Assembly (NCBI GenBank): GCA_965237955.1
Contig: OZ250169.1
Coordinates: 2,752,001 to 2,816,000 of the forward strand
From: Candidatus Marinacidobacterales bacterium
GTDB taxonomy: Bacteria; Acidobacteriota; Vicinamibacteria; Marinacidobacterales; SMYC01
DNA length: 64,000 bases
Direction: 5' to 3'
The position numbers and the translations under genes are program-made. Under the pieces are notes generated by a model, which saw only the letters and a program-made list of their open reading frames with translations, ran no database searches and was not told where the DNA came from. Shown in pieces: positions 23,967-35,999 of this stretch; position 1 is the stretch's first letter, and the number at the start of each line of letters is the position of its first letter.

Positions 23967-24800
23967 ATGGCAATCAAGAAATTCAGCCCCACGTCTCCCG
24001 GACGCCGGTTCTACACCGTGCAGAGCTTCGATGAGATCACGGACACAAAGCCGCTCAAGTCGCTCACCGAGCCCAAGACGAGATCCGGCGGAAGAAACAG
24101 CAATGGCCGTATCACCGTTCGTTTCCGTGGCGGTGGCCACAAAAGGCGCTACCGGGTCGTTGATTTCAAGCGCGACAAGTTGGACGTTCCCGGCAAAGTT
24201 GCTTCGGTCGAGTACGACCCGAACCGCTCGGCCCGGATCGCGCGCATCCACTACGTGGACGGCGAGAAGGCCTACATCATTCATCCCGTTGGTTTGAAAG
24301 TCGGCGATTCGGTCGTCAGCAGCGCGAGCGCCGATATCCTTCCTGGGAACTGTCTGCCGCTTGAGAACATGCCTTTGGGCACGACAGTGCACAACATCGA
24401 GCTCCGGCCGGGCAAGGGTGGCCAGATGGCACGCAGTGCCGGCGCCGGTGCCCAACTCGTTGCGAGAGAGGGCAAGTACGCCCAGCTGCGACTACCATCC
24501 GGTGAAGTCCGCATAGTCCACAAAAAGTGCCGGGCAACGGTCGGTCAGGTGGGCAATATCGAGCATGAGCAAGTGACGCTCGGCAAGGCCGGGCGGAAGC
24601 GTTGGCTCGGACGCAGACCCCACAATCGCGGCGTCACCATGAACCCCGTCGACCACCCGCATGGTGGCGGCGAAGGTAGTACCGCCGGCGGGCGCCACCC
24701 GGTGACGCCTTGGGGTGTTCCGACCAAGGGCTACAAAACACGCAACAACAAGCGCACCGACAAATTCATCGTGAGGCGCAAGGGTAAGAAGAGAGGTTAG
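23967..24800 (+). CDS. rplB: 50S ribosomal protein L2
   Basis: [21 protein letters not shown]. Confidence 0.98.
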   Translation: MAIKKFSPTSPGRRFYTVQSFDEITDTKPLKSLTEPKTRSGGRNSNGRITVRFRGGGHKRRYRVVDFKRDKLDVPGKVASVEYDPNRSARIARIHYVDGEKAYIIHPVGLKVGDSVVSSASADILPGNCLPLENMPLGTTVHNIELRPGKGGQMARSAGAGAQLVAREGKYAQLRLPSGEVRIVHKKCRATVGQVGNIEHEQVTLGKAGRKRWLGRRPHNRGVTMNPVDHPHGGGEGSTAGGRHPVTPWGVPTKGYKTRNNKRTDKFIVRRKGKKRG

Positions 24801-24806
24801 CGAGCC

Positions 24807-25100
24807 ATGGCGAGATCGCTGAAAAAAGGGCCGTTCGTGGATGACAATCTATTGAATAAGATCGACATCATGAACGACGGCGGCGAGAAGAAAGTGGTGA
24901 AGACGTGGTCGCGCCGCTCTACCATCATTCCCGAAATGGTGGGACATACGCTGGCGGTCCACAACGGCAAGAAATTTATTCCGGTGTACGTGACCGAGAA
25001 CATGGTGGGCCATAAGTTGGGCGAGTTTTCGCCGACGCGAACGTTCCGTGGTCACACCACGAAGACGAAGACGGAAAGGGCAGCTAAGGTCGCTAGGTGA
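24807..25100 (+). CDS. rpsS: 30S ribosomal protein S19
   Basis: [19 protein letters not shown]. Confidence 0.97.
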   Translation: MARSLKKGPFVDDNLLNKIDIMNDGGEKKVVKTWSRRSTIIPEMVGHTLAVHNGKKFIPVYVTENMVGHKLGEFSPTRTFRGHTTKTKTERAAKVAR

Positions 25101-25127
25101 GGGCCCTAAGTATCGGAGGCTTTTGAG

Positions 25128-25487
25128 ATGGTTGAAGCAAGGGCAACTGCGAAATACGTCCGTGGATCCCCGTCGAAAGCGCGGTTGGTGATCGAATTGA
25201 TCCGCGGAAAGCGCGCGGCCGAGGCGCTCTCTATTTTGCAGAACACGAACAAGCGGGTTTGCCGACCGCTCGAGAAAGTGCTCCGTTCCGCTATCGCGAA
25301 CGCCCAACAAAAGGCCGTCGAAGAGGCGAAACGCATCGACGAGGACGATCTCGTCGTCACCAAGGCCTACGCCGACGCGGGTCCGACGCTCAAGCGGATT
25401 CGGCCGGCGCCAATGGGGCGTGCATTTCGTATCGTACATAGAACGTCGCATTTGACGATTGAGGTATCGGAGAAAGAACAGTCGTGA
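25128..25487 (+). CDS. rplV: 50S ribosomal protein L22
   Basis: [20 protein letters not shown]. Confidence 0.96.
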   Translation: MVEARATAKYVRGSPSKARLVIELIRGKRAAEALSILQNTNKRVCRPLEKVLRSAIANAQQKAVEEAKRIDEDDLVVTKAYADAGPTLKRIRPAPMGRAFRIVHRTSHLTIEVSEKEQS

Positions 25488-25520
25488 TCTGCCATCAGCC
25501 ATCGGCCATCGGCCATCAGC
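25487..25520. repeat. Heptamer family B
   Basis: ATCTGCC-ATCAGCC-ATCGGCC-ATCGGCC-ATCAGC. Confidence 0.85.
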
Positions 25521-25584
25521 GGTTGCCGCGTGGTGCCGCTATTTCAGGGTCACGCCGCTTCGGCGTTATTGGAAGGAATTCTTA

Positions 25585-26268
25585 ATGGGTCAGAAAGTTC
25601 ACCCTTACGGGTTTCGGCTCGGGTACAACAAGACGTGGCGCTCGCGTTGGTACGCCGAGCGGGACTACGGGAAGCTCCTCCACGAGGACTTGAAGCTGAA
25701 GCGTCAGTTGAAGAAACGCTTTTCGCACGCTGGTGTTTCGCGAGTCGAGATCGAGCGAGCAGCGAACAAGCTCAAGATCAACATCCATACTTCTCGGCCT
25801 GGGATCATCATCGGGCGCAAAGGGACCGAGGTCGACAAGCTCAAGTCGGAAGTTCAGGCGACGACCCAGCGCGAGGTCTACATCAATATTATCGAGGTCG
25901 CCAGACCCGAGCTCGACGCTCAGCTCGTTGCCGAGTCCATCGCGCTTCAGCTCGAGAAGCGTATTGCGTTCCGCCGGGCGATGCGCAAGGCGGTGGATGC
26001 GACGATGCGCTTTGGCGCGAAGGGTGTTCGCGTGCGCTGCGCTGGCCGGTTGAACGGCGCGGAGATCGCCCGCTCCGAGTGGTACCTTCTCGGCCAGCTC
26101 CCGCTCCATACGCTGCGCGCGGACATCGACTATGGATTCGCTGAAGCGTTTACGACGTACGGACAGATCGGGGTGAAGTGCTGGATTTACAAAGGGGAGT
26201 CGCTCCCTCTCGGCCCAGCGTTCCGTGAGGACGCGAACGAGCGTCCCCGGGCGCGCAAGACGGAGTAA
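25585..26268 (+). CDS. rpsC: 30S ribosomal protein S3
   Basis: [34 protein letters not shown]. Confidence 0.97.
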   Translation: MGQKVHPYGFRLGYNKTWRSRWYAERDYGKLLHEDLKLKRQLKKRFSHAGVSRVEIERAANKLKINIHTSRPGIIIGRKGTEVDKLKSEVQATTQREVYINIIEVARPELDAQLVAESIALQLEKRIAFRRAMRKAVDATMRFGAKGVRVRCAGRLNGAEIARSEWYLLGQLPLHTLRADIDYGFAEAFTTYGQIGVKCWIYKGESLPLGPAFREDANERPRARKTE

Positions 26269-26274
26269 GCCGCC

Positions 26275-26691
26275 ATGTTAATGCCGAAGAAAGTCAAGCA
26301 CCGCAAAGTCCAGCGGGGCCGTATGAGAGGCAAGGCCTGGAAGGGCCACACCGTGGCATTCGGTGATTACGGTCTGAAAGTAACCGAGCCTGGTTGGATT
26401 ACCGATCGTCAGATCGAAGCAGCGCGCGTGGCGATTACCCGCTTCGTGAAGCGTAGCGGACGCGTTTGGATCCGCATCTTTCCCGACAAGCCCGTCACCA
26501 AGAAGCCGCAGGAAACTCGTATGGGTAAGGGAAAAGGTAGCCCCGAGTTCTGGGTCGCCGTGGTCAAACCAGGTCGCATCCTCTACGAGATGGAGGGTGT
26601 TACCGAAGAGCAGGCGCGTGAGGCGATGCGTTTGGCCGGGCACAAACTCCCGCTTCCGACCAAGTTCGTTACGCGGTTCGAGGAGGGTTGA
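26275..26691 (+). CDS. rplP: 50S ribosomal protein L16
   Basis: RQIEAAR, RMGKGKG. Confidence 0.97.
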   Translation: MLMPKKVKHRKVQRGRMRGKAWKGHTVAFGDYGLKVTEPGWITDRQIEAARVAITRFVKRSGRVWIRIFPDKPVTKKPQETRMGKGKGSPEFWVAVVKPGRILYEMEGVTEEQAREAMRLAGHKLPLPTKFVTRFEEG

Positions 26692-26927
26692 TCGTGAAGA
26701 TCGACAAAGTACGGGAGCTGGGGGTCGAGGAGCTGCAGCACAAAGTCAGCGACCTCCAACAGGATATTTTTCACGCTCGCATCCAAAAGGAGACGGGCCA
26801 ACTGGATCAACTCGGAAAGGTTCGCAGCTTGCGAAAAGATCTGGCGCGGGTGAAGACCGTGCTGCGTCAACTCGAGATTGAGGAAACGAAAGGTAGGGCG
26901 TCCGGTCCTGGGCAAGGGCAGGGATAG
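26688..26927 (+). CDS. rpmC: 50S ribosomal protein L29
   Basis: TGQL...[14 protein letters not shown]; operon position; start may be GTG 26694. Confidence 0.92.
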   Translation: MIVKIDKVRELGVEELQHKVSDLQQDIFHARIQKETGQLDQLGKVRSLRKDLARVKTVLRQLEIEETKGRASGPGQGQG

Positions 26928-26940
26928 AGGAACACTGAAG

Positions 26941-27246
26941 ATGTCCAAGATAACGAAGGTCGGAGTCGTCAAGAGCAACAAGATGGACAAGACCGCCGTG
27001 GTGAGTGTCGAGCGATTGGTGCGCCATCCGCTCTATACACGCGCGTTCAAGAAGACGTCCAATTTCGCGGTGCACGACGAGCAGAATCGCTGCCAAATCG
27101 GAGACCGCGTGCAGATCGTGGAATGCCGGCCGATCTCGAAGCGGAAGCGCTGGCGGTTGGTAGAGATTTTGGAATCGCCGGCGTCTGTCGAAAGTGGGAC
27201 CAACAGTACAGGCGGTAACGGGGCGACGGCCAAGCCAGCTGAGTGA
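26941..27246 (+). CDS. rpsQ: 30S ribosomal protein S17
   Basis: KMDKTAVV, HDEQN, ECRPISKRKRW. Confidence 0.96.
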   Translation: MSKITKVGVVKSNKMDKTAVVSVERLVRHPLYTRAFKKTSNFAVHDEQNRCQIGDRVQIVECRPISKRKRWRLVEILESPASVESGTNSTGGNGATAKPAE

Positions 27247-27264
27247 AGACCAGGGATTCGACGA

Positions 27265-27633
27265 ATGATTCAGATGCAAACGGTTCTCGAAGTGACCGAC
27301 AATTCGGGGGCCAAGAAGATCGCCTGTATCCATCCGCGAGGTGGTGGTGTCGGCCGCATCGCTCACTTGGGCGACGTGATCACAGCGTCGGTCAAAGAGG
27401 CCATTCCCGATAGCCCCGTCAAGAAGGGTACGGTGGTGAAAGCCGTGATCGTACGCACCCGCAAGGAGCACCGCCGCAAGGACGGCACCTATATCCGTTT
27501 CGACGACAACGCCGCGGTGCTCATTAACGATCAAAACGAGCCCCTAGGGACGCGCGTCTTCGGACCGGTCGCCCGGGAGCTGCGTGAGAAGAAGTTCATG
27601 AGAATCGTATCGCTGGCGCCCGAGGTCTTATAA
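27265..27633 (+). CDS. rplN: 50S ribosomal protein L14
   Basis: [25 protein letters not shown]. Confidence 0.97.
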   Translation: MIQMQTVLEVTDNSGAKKIACIHPRGGGVGRIAHLGDVITASVKEAIPDSPVKKGTVVKAVIVRTRKEHRRKDGTYIRFDDNAAVLINDQNEPLGTRVFGPVARELREKKFMRIVSLAPEVL

Positions 27634-27963
27634 GTGGCTATCAAATTGCACGTACGCAAGAACGACCAGGTGGAAATCCTGTCCGGGAGAGACCGCGGTA
27701 AGCGCGGCAAAGTGTTGCGGATGATTCCCGATCAGAGGCGTGCCATCGTCGAGCGCGTCAACATGCTCAAGCGGCACACTCGGCCCAACCCGCAAAAGAA
27801 CATCAAGGGCGGCGTCGTCGAGCGGGAAGGCTCACTCGACTTGAGCAACCTCATGGTCGTCTGTCCCGAATGCGACAAGAAGACGCGTGTGCGACACAAG
27901 GTCTTGACCGATGGCCGCAAGGTGCGTACCTGCACTGCTTGTGAGGGAGTGATTGATAAATGA
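27634..27963 (+). CDS. rplX: 50S ribosomal protein L24
   Basis: KOW motif [14 protein letters not shown]. Confidence 0.96.
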   Translation: MAIKLHVRKNDQVEILSGRDRGKRGKVLRMIPDQRRAIVERVNMLKRHTRPNPQKNIKGGVVEREGSLDLSNLMVVCPECDKKTRVRHKVLTDGRKVRTCTACEGVIDK

Positions 27964-28001
27964 ATCAAATGAGTCAAATGAGTCAAAGAGTCAAATGAGT
28001 C
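27958..28001. repeat. Nonamer tandem repeat at the rplX/rplE junction
   Basis: AAATGAATC-AAATGAGTC-AAATGAGTC-AAAGAGTC-AAATGAGTC. Confidence 0.85.
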
Positions 28002-28543
28002 GGCTCGCAAAAAAGTATCAGGAAACGATTCGGCCGCAGCTGATGAAGGATCTCTCCATCACCAACGTCTGCGCCGCACCGAAGGTGAACAAAGTCATCG
28101 TGAACGTTGGCGTTGGTGAAGCTTCCGCGAACATCAAGCTCCTCGACGCTGCCATGGACGAGATGGGTGCGATCACGGGGCAACGACCGGTGATGCGACG
28201 AGCGAAAAAATCCATCGCCGCGTTCAAGCTTCGCGAAGGCCAGCCCGTGGGCACGTGCGTCACGCTGCGGGGCAAGCGTATGTATGAGTTCATCGACCGC
28301 CTCCTCAACATTGCGCTTCCACGCGTGAGAGATTTCAGAGGTGTCCCGACCAAGTCGTTCGATGGTCGCGGCAACTACACGATGGGCTTGCAGGACCAGC
28401 TCATCTTCCCGGAGATCTACTATTCCAGAGTCGATCAGACCAGGGGAATGAACATCACTTTCGTCACGTCGTCGAAAAACGACGAGGGCGCGAAGCGTCT
28501 GCTCGAGCTCATGGGCATGCCCTTCCGTCGCCCCAATCAGTAA
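27995..28543 (+). CDS. rplE: 50S ribosomal protein L5
   Basis: [22 protein letters not shown]. Confidence 0.97.
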   Translation: MSRLAKKYQETIRPQLMKDLSITNVCAAPKVNKVIVNVGVGEASANIKLLDAAMDEMGAITGQRPVMRRAKKSIAAFKLREGQPVGTCVTLRGKRMYEFIDRLLNIALPRVRDFRGVPTKSFDGRGNYTMGLQDQLIFPEIYYSRVDQTRGMNITFVTSSKNDEGAKRLLELMGMPFRRPNQ

Positions 28544-28572
28544 TTTGGCAGTAGTTATTATGGAGAAGCTCA

Positions 28573-28758
28573 TTGGCTAAACAATCAGCTATTGCGAAAT
28601 CGCTCCGCAAGCCGAAGTTCAAGGTGCGCCAGCACAACCGCTGCAACATTTGTGGCCGGCCGCGCGGCTACGTCAGGAAGTTTCGCCTCTGTCGCCTGTG
28701 CTTCCGGAAGCTCGCCCTCGCGGGTGAGATTCCGGGTCTGGTGAAGTCGAGCTGGTGA
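28573..28758 (+). CDS. rpsZ: 30S ribosomal protein S14, Zn-binding type Z
   Basis: 61 aa, CNICGRPRG...LCRLCFR. Confidence 0.95.
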   Translation: MAKQSAIAKSLRKPKFKVRQHNRCNICGRPRGYVRKFRLCRLCFRKLALAGEIPGLVKSSW

Positions 28759-28774
28759 AAAGGAGAAAGACATC

Positions 28775-29170
28775 ATGATGACGGATCCTATCGCCGATAT
28801 GCTCACCCGGATTAGAAACGGCATGAGAGCCCGACACGCCAAGGTCGATATTCCTGCGTCGAACCTCAAGACCGAGCTCGCTCGCATCTTGAAGGAAGAG
28901 GGCTATGTCCAGAATTACAAGCGCATCGCCGACGACAAGCAGGGGGTCCTGCGCGTCTTCCTGAGGCGAACGAACGATGGCTCGGAAGTCATCGTCGGGA
29001 TATCACGGGTGTCGCGACCCGGCTGCCGCGTTTACGTCGCCAAGGACGAGATCCCGAAAATTCAAGGCGGTCTCGGTATCAATATTGTCTCGACGTCTCG
29101 AGGCCTCATGACGGGGCGCCAGGCGGTCCGTGAGGGCGTGGGCGGCGAGATTCTCTGCAACGTTTGGTGA
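28775..29170 (+). CDS. rpsH: 30S ribosomal protein S8
   Basis: [20 protein letters not shown]. Confidence 0.97.
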   Translation: MMTDPIADMLTRIRNGMRARHAKVDIPASNLKTELARILKEEGYVQNYKRIADDKQGVLRVFLRRTNDGSEVIVGISRVSRPGCRVYVAKDEIPKIQGGLGINIVSTSRGLMTGRQAVREGVGGEILCNVW

Positions 29171-29186
29171 TGGGCGAGGACGACCG

Positions 29187-29735
29187 ATGTCGAGAATAGG
29201 CAACAAACCGATTGCGATTCCCAGTGGGGTCAAGATCAAGATCGAGGACCGTGACGTCCACGTGGAGGGTCCAAAGGGGAAGCTCGTTACTGCGCTGCCG
29301 ACGGGAATCAACGCCAAGCAAGAAAATGGCGAGCTGACCACGATGCGTGAGACCGAAACAAACGAGCTCAAGGCCTTGTGGGGACTGGCGCGAAGCCTGT
29401 TGGCGAACGCGGTCCACGGAGTTTCGGTGGGATTTACCAAGGAGCTCGACATCGTTGGGATTGGCTACCGGGCGCAGGTCGAGGGGAAAGCCGTCAATTT
29501 CTCCCTCGGCTATTCACATCCGGTCGAGTTTTCCATTCCGAATGGAATCGACGTCAAGATCGACAAGAACACCCACATCACGGTGTCGGGTGCTGACAAG
29601 CAGCTCGTCGGACAAACAGCGGCGAACATCCGGAGCTTGCGAAAACCAGACCCCTACAAGCAGAAAGGGATCCGCTACACCGGCGAGCATCTGAAAAGGA
29701 AGGCCGGAAAGACCGGAGTTACGTCAACGTCATGA
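29187..29735 (+). CDS. rplF: 50S ribosomal protein L6
   Basis: [23 protein letters not shown]. Confidence 0.97.
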   Translation: MSRIGNKPIAIPSGVKIKIEDRDVHVEGPKGKLVTALPTGINAKQENGELTTMRETETNELKALWGLARSLLANAVHGVSVGFTKELDIVGIGYRAQVEGKAVNFSLGYSHPVEFSIPNGIDVKIDKNTHITVSGADKQLVGQTAANIRSLRKPDPYKQKGIRYTGEHLKRKAGKTGVTSTS

Positions 29736-30085
29736 AAGTTCACACCAAATCAGACGCGAGGAAGCGGATTCACCTGCGCATCCGCAAGACTGTCGTTGGC
29801 ACCGAAACCCGTCCGCGGCTCGCCGTATTCCGGAGCGCCAGACACATCTATGCGCAAGCGATCGACGATGGGTCGGGCCGGACGTTGGCGGCGGCGAGCA
29901 CGTGCGAAAAGGACACCGGCTATGGCGGAAACATCAAAGGTGCGGCGGTCGTCGGCAAACTCATCGCGGAGCGCTGCCGGGTTAAGGACATCGAGACCGT
30001 CGTTTTCGATCGTGGCGGGTTCAAATACCACGGCCGCATCAAGGCACTAGCAGACGCCGCTCGGGGCGCGGGCCTCAAGTTCTAG
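29732..30085 (+). CDS. rplR: 50S ribosomal protein L18
   Basis: [20 protein letters not shown]. Confidence 0.97.
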   Translation: MKVHTKSDARKRIHLRIRKTVVGTETRPRLAVFRSARHIYAQAIDDGSGRTLAAASTCEKDTGYGGNIKGAAVVGKLIAERCRVKDIETVVFDRGGFKYHGRIKALADAARGAGLKF

Positions 30086-30100
30086 AACGAAGGAATATTC

Positions 30101-30607
30101 ATGTCACGAGAAAAGGTCGACGCCAGCGGGCTCGAGCTCAAAGACCAAGTGGTCAGCATCAATCGCGTCACCAAAGTCGTGAAGGGTGGCAAGAACCTCT
30201 CCTTCAGCGCGCTCGTCGTCGTCGGTGATGGCAACGGGCACGTGGGCTTTGGTCTCGGTAAGGCAAAGGAAGTTCCATCGGCTATCCGTAAGGGCATCGA
30301 GATTGCCAAGAAGAGTTTGATCCGCGTTCCGCTCACGGGTGGGACGATCCCGCACCAGATCACCGGTGTCTTCGGCGCCGGCCGCGTGTTGTTGAAACCC
30401 GCGGTCGAGGGGACCGGAGTGATTGCCGGCGGCCCGGTGCGCGCCGTAGTCGAGGCTGCCGGAATCCGGGACATCCTCACGAAATCACTCGGAACCGCCA
30501 ACCCGAAGAATGTCGTCAAGGCGACGATGACCGGGCTCGGTGAGCTCCGAAGCCCCGAGGACGTGGCGCAGGCTCGCGGCAAGAACGTCGCTGAAATAAT
30601 GAGTTAG
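30101..30607 (+). CDS. rpsE: 30S ribosomal protein S5
   Basis: [17 protein letters not shown]. Confidence 0.97.
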   Translation: MSREKVDASGLELKDQVVSINRVTKVVKGGKNLSFSALVVVGDGNGHVGFGLGKAKEVPSAIRKGIEIAKKSLIRVPLTGGTIPHQITGVFGAGRVLLKPAVEGTGVIAGGPVRAVVEAAGIRDILTKSLGTANPKNVVKATMTGLGELRSPEDVAQARGKNVAEIMS

Positions 30608-30611
30608 TTCG

Positions 30612-30884
30612 ATGCCAAATAAAGAAATGGCCAAAGAAACGGCCACTAAGAAAACCACGGTGAAGAAAACGAAGACGACGACGACGAAAAAGAAGTCGAA
30701 AAAGGCGGGCGGCCTGAAGTTGAAGCTCGTGCGGAGCCTGATCGGCGCCACCAAGCGTCAGCGCCAGACCGTGCAGAGTCTGGGGCTCAGGCGCATTCGC
30801 CACACGGTTGAGCGGCAGGATACGCCTGAAATCCGCGGGATGCTGACCAAAGTCGCACACCTCATCCAAGTGATCGAAGGATAA
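30612..30884 (+). CDS. rpmD: 50S ribosomal protein L30 with Lys/Thr-rich N-terminal extension
   Basis: LVRSLIG...LGLRRI...RGM.KVAHL; start may be ATG 30627. Confidence 0.93.
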   Translation: MPNKEMAKETATKKTTVKKTKTTTTKKKSKKAGGLKLKLVRSLIGATKRQRQTVQSLGLRRIRHTVERQDTPEIRGMLTKVAHLIQVIEG

Positions 30885-30894
30885 GGATAGCCAG

Positions 30895-31341
30895 ATGAGC
30901 TTAGAATCACTCAAACCCGCACCGGGCACACTCAAGTCCAAGAGGCGCATCGGTCGGGGTCCTGGCTCGGGCCGCGGTAAGACGGCGGGCCGTGGCCACA
31001 AGGGCGCCAAGTCGCGCTCCGGATATTCGAGACGGCGTGGCTTCGAGGGGGGCCAGATGCCGCTGATTCGGCGGCTGCCCAAGCGTGGCTTCACGAACAT
31101 TTTCTCGAAGCAGATCGAGACCGTGAACGTCAGCGATCTCGAGCGGCTTCCCGAGGGCACGGTGGTGACGCCGGAGCTTTTGGTCAGCCACCGCATGATC
31201 CGGAAGAGTTTCGACGGCGTCAAGGTGCTGGGAAACGGTGAGCTCAAGACCAAGCTCGTCGTTCAAGCCCACGCGTTCAGTGCCACCGCCAAAACCAAGA
31301 TCGAAGGTGCTGGCGGCCGCGCGGAGGAGCTCAAGGCGTGA
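30895..31341 (+). CDS. rplO: 50S ribosomal protein L15
   Basis: [26 protein letters not shown]. Confidence 0.97.
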   Translation: MSLESLKPAPGTLKSKRRIGRGPGSGRGKTAGRGHKGAKSRSGYSRRRGFEGGQMPLIRRLPKRGFTNIFSKQIETVNVSDLERLPEGTVVTPELLVSHRMIRKSFDGVKVLGNGELKTKLVVQAHAFSATAKTKIEGAGGRAEELKA

Positions 31342-32723
31342 TCGAAAGCCTCAAGAACATATTCCGCATTCCTGATCTGAGGAATCGGGTTCTGTTCACG
31401 CTGGGTATGCTGTGGGTGTATCGGTTGGGGAACCACATCCCGACACCCGGAGTCGACGCCAGCACTCTGACGGCGTTTTTCGATCAGAATCGCGATACCT
31501 GGTTCGGGTTCGTGGATATGTTCTCGGGCGGGAATCTCTCGCGGGTTACCGTGTTCGCGCTCGGCATCATGCCGTACATCAGCGCGTCCATTATTCTCCA
31601 GCTTCTCACCGTGGTGTGGCCGTACCTCGAGAAGCTGTCGAAGGAGGGCGAGCTCGGGCGGAAGAAGATCACCCAGTACACGCGCTACGGCACGGTTTTG
31701 TTGAGTGTGATCCAGTCGGGAGGCATCGCTGCGTTTCTACAGAAGCAGGAGCTCACCGGCGGGCTCGTGCTGGTTGCGAACCCCGGAATCGCGTTCACGT
31801 TGATGACCGTCCTCACCCTCACCGCGGGGACGGTGTTCATCATGTGGATTGGTGAGCAGATCACGGAGCGCGGCATTGGAAACGGGATGTCGCTCTTGAT
31901 TTTTGCGGGCATCGTCGTCGGGTTTCCCCCGGCGATCGTGACCACGCTCACCAATGTCTCGACGGGTCAGCAGTCGGTTTTTGGCGTCATCTTGCTCACG
32001 ATGTTCATGGTTGTCGTCGTTGGCGTGATCGTGTACGTGGAGCGGGCGCAGAGGCGCATCCCGGTTCAATACGCCAAGCGCGTCGTCGGGCGTCGCATGT
32101 ACCAGGGACAATCCACTCACCTCCCGCTGAAAGTGAACACCGGCGGTGTCATCCCTGTCATCTTCGCGAGCTCGATCATCGCGCTACCGCAAACGTTCGC
32201 TTCGATGTTCCCGAACAGCGTGTGGATGACGAACATCGCGACGCAGTTGGCGTGGGGAATGCCCCTGTACACGTTGCTCTACGTCGTCGCCATCGTCTTT
32301 TTCTGTTACTTCTACACCGCTATCATTTTCAACCCCGATGACGTTGCCGACAACATGCGGAAGTACGGCGGCTACGTGCCTGGCATCCGGCCCGGCAAAC
32401 GCACCGCGGAGTACATCGACACTATCCTCACCCGTCTCACCTTCGGCGGAGCGGTCTATCTCGCGGCGGTCTCGGTGCTTCCTGAGTTCATGATCGCGGG
32501 TTTCCGCGTAGCGCCGATTCCGATCATCGGGCCCTTTCTGGACGGCCTCCTCCCCACGTGGATCACCGAAGGGCTTGGGATAACGTTCTACTTTGGTGGG
32601 ACATCGCTCCTCATCATCGTGGGTGTCTCGATGGATACCGTGCAGCAAGTCGAGAGCCAGCTGATCATGAGGCACTACGACGGCTTCATGAAGCGCGGCC
32701 GTATCCGGGGACGACGGGGCTGA
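31338..32723 (+). CDS. secY: Preprotein translocase SecY
   Basis: [34 protein letters not shown]. Confidence 0.98.
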   Translation: MIESLKNIFRIPDLRNRVLFTLGMLWVYRLGNHIPTPGVDASTLTAFFDQNRDTWFGFVDMFSGGNLSRVTVFALGIMPYISASIILQLLTVVWPYLEKLSKEGELGRKKITQYTRYGTVLLSVIQSGGIAAFLQKQELTGGLVLVANPGIAFTLMTVLTLTAGTVFIMWIGEQITERGIGNGMSLLIFAGIVVGFPPAIVTTLTNVSTGQQSVFGVILLTMFMVVVVGVIVYVERAQRRIPVQYAKRVVGRRMYQGQSTHLPLKVNTGGVIPVIFASSIIALPQTFASMFPNSVWMTNIATQLAWGMPLYTLLYVVAIVFFCYFYTAIIFNPDDVADNMRKYGGYVPGIRPGKRTAEYIDTILTRLTFGGAVYLAAVSVLPEFMIAGFRVAPIPIIGPFLDGLLPTWITEGLGITFYFGGTSLLIIVGVSMDTVQQVESQLIMRHYDGFMKRGRIRGRRG

Positions 32724-32727
32724 CGTC

Positions 32728-33324
32728 ATGGTGAGATTGATTCTTCTCGGACCTCCCGGCGCGGGGAAGGGCACGCAAGCCGTGCGACTGGCGGATGAGT
32801 TGAACGCTCCGCATATTTCCACCGGCGTCATCCTGCGCGAAGCTGCGGCTTGTGGAACCGAGCTCGGCAACAAGGCCAAGGAGATCATGGACCAAGGGCG
32901 TCTCGTCGGTGACGACGTCATGCTCGGTATCATTCGCAAGAGGTTGGCCGAGGACGATTGCGCTAACGGCTACATCCTGGATGGCTTTCCGCGGACGATT
33001 CCGCAGGCTCGAGCCCTCGACGAGCTTCTCCACGAGCGAAGCGCTCCGCCGGTGGTCATCGCGAATCTCGAGCTCGACGAGGACGAGCTGCGGCGACGCA
33101 TCGCGGGCCGTCGCAGCGAGGACCAGCGGTCGGACGATAGCGAGGAGACGATGTTGCACCGCTTCGCCGTCTATCAGGAGCAGACGCGGCCGCTTTTGGA
33201 CTATTATGGGAGTCGCGTTTCGGCCCTCGACGGAAAAGGTAGTATCGACGACGTGTTCGAGCGTTTGTCGGATCTCCTGGCCTCGGCTTCGGCCTCGGCG
33301 GGAGAGGGACAGGCGGGCGCATGA
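32728..33324 (+). CDS. adk: Adenylate kinase (short-LID type)
   Basis: GPPGAGKGTQ, LDGFPRT, R.DD. Confidence 0.96.
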   Translation: MVRLILLGPPGAGKGTQAVRLADELNAPHISTGVILREAAACGTELGNKAKEIMDQGRLVGDDVMLGIIRKRLAEDDCANGYILDGFPRTIPQARALDELLHERSAPPVVIANLELDEDELRRRIAGRRSEDQRSDDSEETMLHRFAVYQEQTRPLLDYYGSRVSALDGKGSIDDVFERLSDLLASASASAGEGQAGA

Positions 33325-34103
33325 TTCGACGTCGTTCCGACAAAGAGCTCGACAAGATGCACCAGGCCAATGCCATCGTGCTCCATACGCTCGAGCTCCT
33401 GAAGGCGGCCCTCGAGCCCGGCATGACCACCGTCGAGCTCGACCGGATCGCGTCCGACGCGCTCGCGCGTGAGGGCGCGAAGCCCGCGTTCAAAGGGTAT
33501 CGCGGGTTTCCGGCGTCTCTGTGTGTGTCGGTAAACGATGAAGTCGTGCATGGCATACCGTCGCCGGAACGCTCGCTGTCCGAAGGTGACATCGTGAGCC
33601 TCGACTTCGGCGCCATCGTCGACGGGTATTTCGGCGACAACGCGCTGACGGCAGGTGTGGGGGAGATATCGAAGGAGCTCGAAAGACTTCTAGAAGCAAC
33701 CGAGCAGGCTATGTTCAAAGGCATCGAGGCAATGGAGCCCGGAAATCACGTGTCGGACATCGGCTACGCGGTTCAATCGCACGCCGAACGGAACGGCTAT
33801 TCGGTGGTTCGTGACTTCGTTGGGCACGGGATTGGCCGTGCGCTCCACGAAGATCCTCCGGTGCCGAACTATGTTCAGGCGGGCCGCGATCCGCGCTTGA
33901 GAGCCGGGATGTGCCTAGCTATCGAGCCGATGGTGAACACCGGTGGCCATCACGTCAAAACACTGTCGGACAAGTGGACGGTGGTGACGGCAGATGGCGG
34001 CTTCTCGGCACACTTCGAGCGCTCGGTGGCGATTACGGATGCAGGACCTTGGATTCTCGCCGAGCCGCGATCCGTCTATTCCGAGGGGGCCCAAGTTGTC
34101 TAA
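33321..34103 (+). CDS. map: Methionine aminopeptidase type I
   Basis: [28 protein letters not shown]. Confidence 0.96.
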   Translation: MIRRRSDKELDKMHQANAIVLHTLELLKAALEPGMTTVELDRIASDALAREGAKPAFKGYRGFPASLCVSVNDEVVHGIPSPERSLSEGDIVSLDFGAIVDGYFGDNALTAGVGEISKELERLLEATEQAMFKGIEAMEPGNHVSDIGYAVQSHAERNGYSVVRDFVGHGIGRALHEDPPVPNYVQAGRDPRLRAGMCLAIEPMVNTGGHHVKTLSDKWTVVTADGGFSAHFERSVAITDAGPWILAEPRSVYSEGAQVV

Positions 34104-34314
34104 AGAAGACGCCATTGAGGTCACGGCGACGGTGCTCGAGCCGCTTCCGAACGCGATGTTCAAGGTCGAGCTCGAGAACAAACATAAAGTTCTCGCACAC
34201 GTTTCGGGAAAGATGCGCAAGCATTTCATTCGCATCCTTCCCGGCGACAAAGTCTTGGTGGAGCTGTCCCCGTACGATTTGACGAGGGGACGGATCGTCT
34301 ACCGGTACAAGTGA
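34096..34314 (+). CDS. infA: Translation initiation factor IF-1
   Basis: SKEDAIE...LPNAMF...SGKMR...ELSPYDL; TTG start. Confidence 0.96.
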   Translation: MSKEDAIEVTATVLEPLPNAMFKVELENKHKVLAHVSGKMRKHFIRILPGDKVLVELSPYDLTRGRIVYRYK

Positions 34315-34342
34315 GCCGTTCTAGTTTGGCAAGGATAGAGTC

Positions 34343-34456
34343 ATGAAAGTCAGAGCGTCGGTGCGACGCATTTGCGCCAAATGCAAAATCATTCGCCGCA
34401 ACAGAGTCGTTCGGGTCATCTGCACCAACCCGAAGCACAAGCAGCGGCAGGGTTAA
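34343..34456 (+). CDS. rpmJ: 50S ribosomal protein L36 (absent from the ORF track)
   Basis: Manual translation [37 protein letters not shown]. Confidence 0.96.
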   Translation: MKVRASVRRICAKCKIIRRNRVVRVICTNPKHKQRQG

Positions 34457-34468
34457 GGAGAAGTTGAC

Positions 34469-34834
34469 GTGGCACGTATTGCCGGAGTTGATTTACCGCG
34501 TGAGAAGCGCATCGGCATCGGGCTGACTCATATTTACGGCATCGGGCATGTGCGCTCGGCTGTAATCCTCGAAAAGGCCGGTATCGACTTGATGACCAAA
34601 GTCAAAGAGTTGAGCGAGGAGCAAGTCAGTCAGATCAGTCGGACCATCGATGCCGAAGGTGGCGTCGAGGGTGACCTGCGCAAAGAAGTTTCTATGAACA
34701 TCAAACGGCTGATGGACGTCGGAGCCTATCGCGGACTTCGTCATCGCCGCTCTCTGCCAACCAGAGGCCAGCGCACCCACACCAACGCGAGGACGCGCAA
34801 AGGGCCGAAGCGCGGCCAACAGAGGAAGAGGTAG
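34469..34834 (+). CDS. rpsM: 30S ribosomal protein S13
   Basis: [27 protein letters not shown]. Confidence 0.97.
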   Translation: MARIAGVDLPREKRIGIGLTHIYGIGHVRSAVILEKAGIDLMTKVKELSEEQVSQISRTIDAEGGVEGDLRKEVSMNIKRLMDVGAYRGLRHRRSLPTRGQRTHTNARTRKGPKRGQQRKR

Positions 34835-34840
34835 TCTCGG

Positions 34841-35257
34841 ATGGCAAAGAAGAAGAAAAAGGACGACAAGAAGGGCAAACGCAAGACCTTCAAGAAGAAG
34901 GAAAAGCGTACGCTCCTGAGCGGCGTCGCGCACATCCAGGCGACGTTCAACAACACCCACGTGACGGTTGCCGATGCGGAAGGCAACGTGGTGGCTTGGG
35001 CGAGCGCCGGCGGCATGGGCTTCAAAGGCTCCCGCAAGGGAACGCCTTTCGCCGCCCAACAAGCCGCCAGCCAAGTAGCCCAGGCCGTCAAAGCCCTAGG
35101 CTGCAAAATCCTCGATGTCCGCGTAAAGGGACCGGGCTCCGGCCGAGAATCGGCAATCCGAGCACTACAAGCCTCGGGGATAACCGTCAAATCGATCCGA
35201 GACGTAACCCCCATCCCCCACAACGGCTGCCGCCCCCCCAAAAGACGGAGAGTATAG
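34841..35257 (+). CDS. rpsK: 30S ribosomal protein S11
   Basis: [26 protein letters not shown]. Confidence 0.97.
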   Translation: MAKKKKKDDKKGKRKTFKKKEKRTLLSGVAHIQATFNNTHVTVADAEGNVVAWASAGGMGFKGSRKGTPFAAQQAASQVAQAVKALGCKILDVRVKGPGSGRESAIRALQASGITVKSIRDVTPIPHNGCRPPKRRRV

Positions 35258-35301
35258 AAAGCAATGATTTTTCAAACAAGCACAGCGTGGCCGAGCAAGA
35301 A

Positions 35302-35320
35302 GCTGATGGCCGATGGCTGA
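35302..35320. repeat. Heptamer family B
   Basis: GCTGATG-GCCGATG-GCTGA. Confidence 0.65.
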
Positions 35321-35334
35321 ATCCAAGGAGAACC

Positions 35335-35964
35335 ATGGCTAGGTATCGCGGTCCGGTCTGCCGGCTCTGCCGGCGAGAGGGGATGAAGCTCTTTCTGAAA
35401 GGGGAGCGATGCTTCGGTCCCAAGTGCGCCATCGAGAAGAGGAACTATGCTCCGGGCGCGCATGGCAAGGCGCGGCGCAGCCGAATCCAGGGCTATGGGC
35501 TTCAGCTTCGAGAGAAGCAAAAGGTCAAACGCACCTATGGCCTTCTGGAAAAACAATTCCGCCTCTACTTCGAGCGAGCTGAAAAAACTCGTGGCATTAC
35601 CGGTGAGATTCTGCTGCAATCGCTCGAGAGGCGCTTGGACAATACCGTCTACCGGCTCGGGTTCGCGACGTCGCGGCCCCAGGCACGGCTACTCGTGCGT
35701 CACGGCCATGTCCGTGTCGGTGAGCGGCGCGTCAACATCCCGTCCTATGCGGTGCGGGAGGGCGATGTCGTTGCGGTCGGTCCAAAATACGCGAAGCACG
35801 CTCGTTTCCAACACGCCGCCGAAGTCGGCAAGAGCCGCGGTGTGCCCAGGTGGTTGGAGCTTGGCGAAGAAGGTACATCGGGCAAGGTCGTCTCCTTGCC
35901 CGCTCGTGAGGACTTGGAGCTCTCTTTTCAAGAGCAGCTCATCGTCGAGCTCTACTCTAAATAA
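35335..35964 (+). CDS. rpsD: 30S ribosomal protein S4 (Zn type)
   Basis: [28 protein letters not shown]. Confidence 0.97.
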   Translation: MARYRGPVCRLCRREGMKLFLKGERCFGPKCAIEKRNYAPGAHGKARRSRIQGYGLQLREKQKVKRTYGLLEKQFRLYFERAEKTRGITGEILLQSLERRLDNTVYRLGFATSRPQARLLVRHGHVRVGERRVNIPSYAVREGDVVAVGPKYAKHARFQHAAEVGKSRGVPRWLELGEEGTSGKVVSLPAREDLELSFQEQLIVELYSK

Positions 35965-35999
35965 GGTTTTCGCTCGACCAGAGGAGGTTTTTCGAAGGT

